Shown: positions 27,433 to 32,000 of the stretch, one piece after another
How positions within the stretch are numbered: position 1 is the first letter of the stretch
Layout: each line of letters starts with the position of its first letter
Origin: Trichodesmium erythraeum IMS101
GTDB taxonomy: Bacteria > Cyanobacteriota > Cyanobacteriia > Cyanobacteriales > Microcoleaceae
Direction of reading: 5' to 3'
Assembly (NCBI RefSeq): GCF_000014265.1
Contig: NC_008312.1
Location: forward strand, 4,290,001 to 4,322,000
DNA: 32,000 nt
Made by a program: the position numbers and the translations under genes
The notes under the pieces: generated by a model
Database searches by the model: none
What the model was told of the DNA's origin: nothing
What the model saw: only the letters and a program-made list of their open reading frames with translations

Positions 27433-27525
27433 TGTGACAATTTAAAATTAAAAAACGCGAAAGTCAAATACTTGAGAAAAAATTATAACTGTAATAGACT
27501 ATTTGGAAAAGTCAGGAACAAAAGT

Positions 27526-28032
27526 CTAACGATTTTCTTGTGGTTGCTCTTGAGTTGGAAATCGCCAGAAAAATAAAGAAGTTCCTACAAATCCCCATAT
27601 AACACAACCTATCATTAGTCCTCTTTGTATGGGATTATAATCCCTAGTTGTACTTGCTAAATAATAACTACTTTTACTGATATTTTTCCTAGGAGAATTC
27701 TCCAGTTTATCTACTTGAAAAGGAACACTAACTAAATTACCATGACCAGCTTGACGCACCTTGATTTCCCAATATCCAGGTTGATAATGATCAGGAGCAA
27801 AAATAAAATTTCCCTCCTCATCAGTCATACCTTGTAACCAAGGTTTATTAGGAAAATTAGGAGCATAAACTGTAACTGAAGCATTACTTAAAGGATTTCC
27901 AGAATCATAAATAGCATTAATCTTAATTGCTTTAGTAATTTGATGTTGAATTTTCACTCCATGAGGGCTCGCTTTTCCCTCTAAACTCAGTAAAGATAAA
28001 AATATTAAAGGAATAACTAATTGCCATTTCAT
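27526..28032 (-). CDS. Bitopic accessory protein: signal/anchor, transthyretin-like (carboxypeptidase-regulatory-like) domain, C-terminal TM; first gene of the ECF Ni/Co cluster
   Basis: N-terminal MKWQLVIPLIFLSLLSLEGKA. Beta-sandwich-type pattern SVTVYAP...MTDEEGNFIFAP...GYWEIKVRQAGHG. C-terminal helix GLMIGCVIWGFVGTSLFFW. Confidence 0.7.
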   Translation of the reverse strand: MKWQLVIPLIFLSLLSLEGKASPHGVKIQHQITKAIKINAIYDSGNPLSNASVTVYAPNFPNKPWLQGMTDEEGNFIFAPDHYQPGYWEIKVRQAGHGNLVSVPFQVDKLENSPRKNISKSSYYLASTTRDYNPIQRGLMIGCVIWGFVGTSLFFWRFPTQEQPQENR

Positions 28033-28364
28033 GTTTTACCTCTATTAATAGTCGCTTCATAAATTTTTCCATTCTTTATTCTTAAATGATTTTTTGTGTA
28101 ATAGGATTTATTTTATAGAAAATCCTGAATTGCTCAAGTTAATTTTTATTATAAATTTTCTATTTTTGATTTTTAGATAATCAGACTTTATATAATAGAA
28201 GTTATACCAAATCTAGCTTAGTGATAGTGCATTTTTCAACTTACAACTGTTGCTCAATAAGGAATTTGGCTATGGGACAAGCCTGCTTTGATACTTTCAA
28301 GGCCAATTTCTTGGCACTAGAAAAAAATTGTGTCCTTTGAAATCTCATATATCTTTAAGTACTA

Positions 28365-29477
28365 TAGCAATCCCATATTGGTCGCAACAGATATAATAGT
28401 AAGAATAACAGATCTAAGAAAAAGACAAAAAATGAATATTATAGATAAACTAAATGATTTTATTAATCAAACAAAAGAGTCTAAAGAAATTAAAAGGGCC
28501 TTGGCCGTAAAAATGACCTTGTCAGGAAAATCCTACCATGAAGTCAAAGAATTATTAAATGTTTCTCACAGTTTTATTAGTGAATGGAAAAACCAAGCAT
28601 TATTTCATGGTGTAGAAAGTTTAAGGCTTCAGTATCAAGGGAGACAAGGTTACTTAAAAACGGTCGAAAAAGAGAAAACAATTGAGTGGTTGAGAGCACA
28701 AGATTATCTTAGGTTATCAGATTTAAAAAACTACTTACAGGAGCAATATGATGTGGTTTTTGAGTCTAATCAAAGTTACTATAACTTGTTTAAAGAAGCG
28801 GGCATAAGTTGGAAAAAAACTCAAAAAAAGAATCCTGCTAAAAATGATGAATTAGTAGAAGTTAAAAGAAAAGAAATAGAGGAATTTTTAGCTAAATGGC
28901 AACCAGAAATAGAAACTGGAAAGCTTACAGTGTTTATGATTGATGAATGTCATCTTCTATGGGGAGACATATTAGGTTATGCTTGGGGAAAAACAGATGA
29001 AAGAATAGAAATTGCAATTAAAAATGAAAAAGAAAGACAGACTTATTATGGAGCTTTAGACTATAAAACCAAGGAATTTCTTGTGCAAGAATATGAGAGT
29101 GGAAATACTAAAAATACTATTGAATTTATTAAATATTTGCAGAAGCAAAGACCGGGCAACAAATTGGCAATATTTTGGGATGGGGCAACTTACCATAACT
29201 CTCAAGAATTTCGAGAATATTTAATGACAATTAATCAATACTTATCAGAAGAAGAATTGTTGATAAATTGTACAAGATTTGCTCCCAATGCTCCGGAGCA
29301 AAATCCTGTTGAAGATATTTGGTTACAAACCAAAAATTTCAGTATTACTTTTTATCATCTTTGCAGTTCTTTTAAAGTAGTTAAGTGGCTATTTAAGTTT
29401 TTTGCGGATGGTCAAATATTCAATTTCCCAAAACTTTTTCAGTATAAAATTTTGCCGCAACCTACTTAGGATTGCTA
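28365..29477 (+). mobile_element. Intact IS630-family insertion sequence (1113 bp) with TA target-site duplication
   Basis: Left end tagcaatcccatattggtcgcaac. The reverse complement of the right end is tagcaatcctaagtaggttgcggc (9 perfect terminal bp, then partial identity). TA flanks both ends, at 28363-28364 and 28478-28479 shifted to 29478-29479 on the right. A single transposase ORF lies inside. Confidence 0.85.
28432..29469 (+). CDS. IS630-family DDE transposase
   Basis: HTH-type N-terminus, then FMIDECHLLWGD, IFWDGATYHNS and EQNPVEDIW (DDE triad context). The track start at 28330 lies outside the element, so I use the first internal ATG (MNIIDKLNDF). Confidence 0.85.
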   Translation: MNIIDKLNDFINQTKESKEIKRALAVKMTLSGKSYHEVKELLNVSHSFISEWKNQALFHGVESLRLQYQGRQGYLKTVEKEKTIEWLRAQDYLRLSDLKNYLQEQYDVVFESNQSYYNLFKEAGISWKKTQKKNPAKNDELVEVKRKEIEEFLAKWQPEIETGKLTVFMIDECHLLWGDILGYAWGKTDERIEIAIKNEKERQTYYGALDYKTKEFLVQEYESGNTKNTIEFIKYLQKQRPGNKLAIFWDGATYHNSQEFREYLMTINQYLSEEELLINCTRFAPNAPEQNPVEDIWLQTKNFSITFYHLCSSFKVVKWLFKFFADGQIFNFPKLFQYKILPQPT

Positions 29478-29924
29478 TATTTGTAGGTAGGCATGAAAAA
29501 ACTTAGCTATATTAAGATTTGTATACTGACTTTAAGCTCCTTTACACAGTTGATTTGAGGTTCATTTACATTTTGTAATATTACGACACATTTTAACACC
29601 GGCCTATTTACACAAAATTATTTGCAAAGGGCGATGTTTAGACAAGGATTAGATTTCAGCTTTTAAAGTGTGTAATTCCTAATTGTTTACCTGCTTACTA
29701 GAATTAGCTAACTAAAAATATAGGGTTGTAAATATTTTCTGATGACAAAAAATTAGCTCTGGCTTTGATACCTGGTGTATTTGGCATCATAACTCAGAGC
29801 TCAGAAGTTAAATTAGTAGCATTTATTATATTTGAGAGGCACGAGAATTTTCTAACTGCTGGGGACGACTTTTATCCAGTTTTTTCTTAATTTTATATTT
29901 CCTTTTCTTCCTATTCCCTACTAT

Positions 29925-30788
29925 CTATTCCCTCTTCAAAATTTGACCATCGCAATGACCTTCCCCCACATGACCCAAACTAGGTAAAATTGCCATAAAT
30001 TTTTCATAATTAGTAGGGGAAAGTTTCTTTTTGAATGTTTCCATATCTACCTCAACTTTTCCGGCTGTAGCGATCGCTGCCAGAGGAGCAAAACCTAATG
30101 CTTCTGTATTAATTTCTTCATCTGGGTTAGCATTACTATCACCAAAAAGATGGTCAAAGTGAAAAGTAGTTTCCAACTCTGCAGTCTCTCCAGCTTTAAG
30201 AATACCTTTACGTTGATCCCCGACAAAATCTCCACAGGTAAATTCTAGTTCGTGGTCAATTTTGACAATAAAAGATATAGTCTTACTATCTTTAGTAGCT
30301 GTGCCACTCATTAATAAAGAATAACCTTGAACAGGGCTTTTAGTTGCTTTAAGCATTTTCCAAGAGATAGCATTGTAGTGACCTGGAGGAGCAGATATTT
30401 CACTGACTAAAATAGTTTCTGCTGTTTCATTTCCTTCTGCCAAGTTTACCACTTTGCTTTTAGTAAGAATGACTTTTTCTTTTGCCTCTAGTTTTGCCCC
30501 TGTTTCAGCTTTGTAGGGTGGGTCTGTTTGATAGGCAGTAACTTCAACTAGATTAATGTAGAGTTTATCAAATGTTATTTTCCACCCATCTTTAGTAATA
30601 AAGCCTTTCCTAACAAAATCTTCTCCATTGGCACGGAGCTTAAGATTACCTTTAGTTTTGTCAATTATTTGAGTTGAATTGGTATTATCTTGATCTATTT
30701 GGTTTCGACAACTACTTAATAGAGAAGTAGGAGTTACAAAAGTTAGAGTCAATAGCATTAAAAGTAGTTTTCTAATCCTCATTTTCAT
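29925..30788 (-). CDS. Hypothetical lipoprotein with a His/Cys-rich C-terminus (possible metal binding)
   Basis: Signal peptide plus lipobox (LLSSC). Predicted beta-rich body. HFDHLFGD and terminal LGHVGEGHCDGQ. I do not recognise the family. Confidence 0.7.
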   Translation of the reverse strand: MKMRIRKLLLMLLTLTFVTPTSLLSSCRNQIDQDNTNSTQIIDKTKGNLKLRANGEDFVRKGFITKDGWKITFDKLYINLVEVTAYQTDPPYKAETGAKLEAKEKVILTKSKVVNLAEGNETAETILVSEISAPPGHYNAISWKMLKATKSPVQGYSLLMSGTATKDSKTISFIVKIDHELEFTCGDFVGDQRKGILKAGETAELETTFHFDHLFGDSNANPDEEINTEALGFAPLAAIATAGKVEVDMETFKKKLSPTNYEKFMAILPSLGHVGEGHCDGQILKRE

Positions 30789-31193
30789 GGCTTTGATAAT
30801 GGCAAAGGTTAAGATGTTCAGAGTAAGTGATTATACAACCATTAACTATCTTTTTAAAGTAATTATCTAAATAGTGTAGATATATTTTTGTTGGCCTTTT
30901 TGACTGATGTATTTATTTTTCTATGAAACTGCTTAAGAGTAAAATTAGTAATCTTGAGGAGGCATTATATATAATTTTGGTCATTAAGTATCCCATGATA
31001 AAGAAAGTTATGTATTCATGTATTCAGAAAAAAAAAGGAATAATTGAAGCTGTGGAAATTGCTTAAGAGTATACCTAGTCATATCTGTCTTGGACTAAGG
31101 AAGAAAACCTAACTAAAAATTGTCAATATTTTCCATACCCATTAATATAGATTTGTCTTAGTATTAACAAAAAAATTCTCTCAACTAACTAAT

Positions 31194-31547
31194 ATGATAA
31201 ATTATTTTCATTTTCTATCCTTGTCTGGAATCGTTGCTAGCTTAATTGCCATCAGTTCTTGTGCAAGTACAATTACTCCTAACACCACTCCTAATACTAG
31301 TCCAGGTACTTCAAATTCAAATGTATCTATTCCTCCTGGTGCTACAATCAAAATAGATATAAATGATGCTTCAGACTCAGATTTAAAAAAATTAGCAATC
31401 AAGTTAAATGTACCTAATTTACCAGAAAAAATAAAAGAAAGCCGTCCTTACAAAGATATTAATGAATTGGCCATCAAAAAAGTTATGAGCCCTAAACAAT
31501 TAGACTTTGTTAAGAATGATATAACTGTGGTAACACCTCAACAATAA
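31194..31547 (+). CDS. Small lipoprotein with a helix-hairpin-helix domain (PsbU/ComEA-like)
   Basis: Lipobox AISSC and a low-complexity TPNT linker. KIDINDASDSDLKKL...PNLPEKIKESRPYKDINEL...SPKQLDFVKNDITVV parallels the PsbU pattern KIDLNN...YPnLA..I....PY..vE.vL..pGLs..qk..l..n...FTV and the ComEA HhH pattern. Confidence 0.6.
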   Translation: MINYFHFLSLSGIVASLIAISSCASTITPNTTPNTSPGTSNSNVSIPPGATIKIDINDASDSDLKKLAIKLNVPNLPEKIKESRPYKDINELAIKKVMSPKQLDFVKNDITVVTPQQ

Positions 31548-32000
31548 TCAAACAATAATTAACTTCAAAAATTTACTTTTTTAAATAAGTACTCAGCCAT
31601 TAAAAGAATTGTTATTTTTAGGTTTATAAGATAATTTAAACTCCTTCTAAATTAAGTGGAGCTTTGAATTTTCTGGATTTTTTTATGAGGCTGATAGTTT
31701 TTAAATTGTATATTTTTCCCCTGCTAATATTACTAGTATTTAGTAGGGGTTGATAAAAATAATTTTTACTTTGATAATCTAGAATTTCAAAAAAAATCAA
31801 GTCAAATAGGTCGAGGTTATTTATATATTTTGGTTGAGGTTAAAAATGCTAGCCCATGAAAGAAATAACCTTGTTTACCTTGCCTCTATCCATTGAAAAA
31901 GAGTGTTAAAATTTTGATGATTTATAAAAAACTAAATGTCAAAAAAATGGTTGACTATTTATCCTGATTATTAGGAGAAAGTAAACATAAAAATATTGCT

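Noticed and set aside
28033-28362. Searched for a cobalamin or NiCo riboswitch upstream of the ECF Ni/Co cluster
   Set aside because: I saw no B12-box-like motif or obvious conserved multi-stem structure by eye. I cannot exclude one without an Infernal/Rfam scan.
1-32000. Scan for tRNA, rRNA, tmRNA, CRISPR arrays, group II intron ends and reverse-transcriptase or DGR features
   Set aside because: I saw no T-loop/acceptor-type sequences, no regularly spaced repeat-spacer arrays and no RT ORF by eye. A covariance-model scan would be needed to be definitive.

Overview
This is an AT-rich cyanobacterial chromosome segment. I counted at least nine HIP1 octamers (GCGATCGC) by eye: 6795-6802, 7544-7551, 8569-8576, 12256-12263, 14413-14420, 18228-18235, 20814-20821, 24438-24445 and 30070-30077. 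HIP1 plus low GC plus kb-scale ORF-free spacers resembles Trichodesmium-like filamentous cyanobacteria, but the taxon is inference only. I saw no rRNA, tRNA or CRISPR array.

Gene content, left to right:
- Two minus-strand genes share a death-like (EAD-type) N-terminal module and a conserved ~100-nt upstream element. One is a partial STAND-like protein with a degenerate P-loop (1-1026). The other is a 981-aa protein with the order EAD, metallophosphoesterase, TM, periplasmic-binding-protein domain (1521-4466).
- An orphan DUF1800 gene.
- An EF-G paralogue.
- A CYP120-like P450.
- An M16 peptidase pair (active plus inactive subunit).
- A CHAT-protease relic broken by an IS remnant.
- A 1372-aa secreted-type protein: a phytase-like domain split by two GDPD domains, followed by RTX repeats. 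It contains a near-identical in-frame 1209-bp tandem duplication.
- A 2.3-kb ORF-free gap.
- A Kv-type K+ channel.
- A CbiM/Q/O-type ECF Ni/Co transporter without CbiN, led by a 168-aa bitopic transthyretin-like protein.
- An intact IS630 element with TA duplication.
- A His/Cys-tailed lipoprotein.
- A small PsbU/ComEA-like HhH lipoprotein.

Intergenic DNA carries a small MITE/REP-like inverted-repeat family (at least four copies) and several short direct repeats.

The best candidate for an undescribed system is the EAD-linked pair at 1-4716. All domain calls come from motif recognition by eye, not from database searches.
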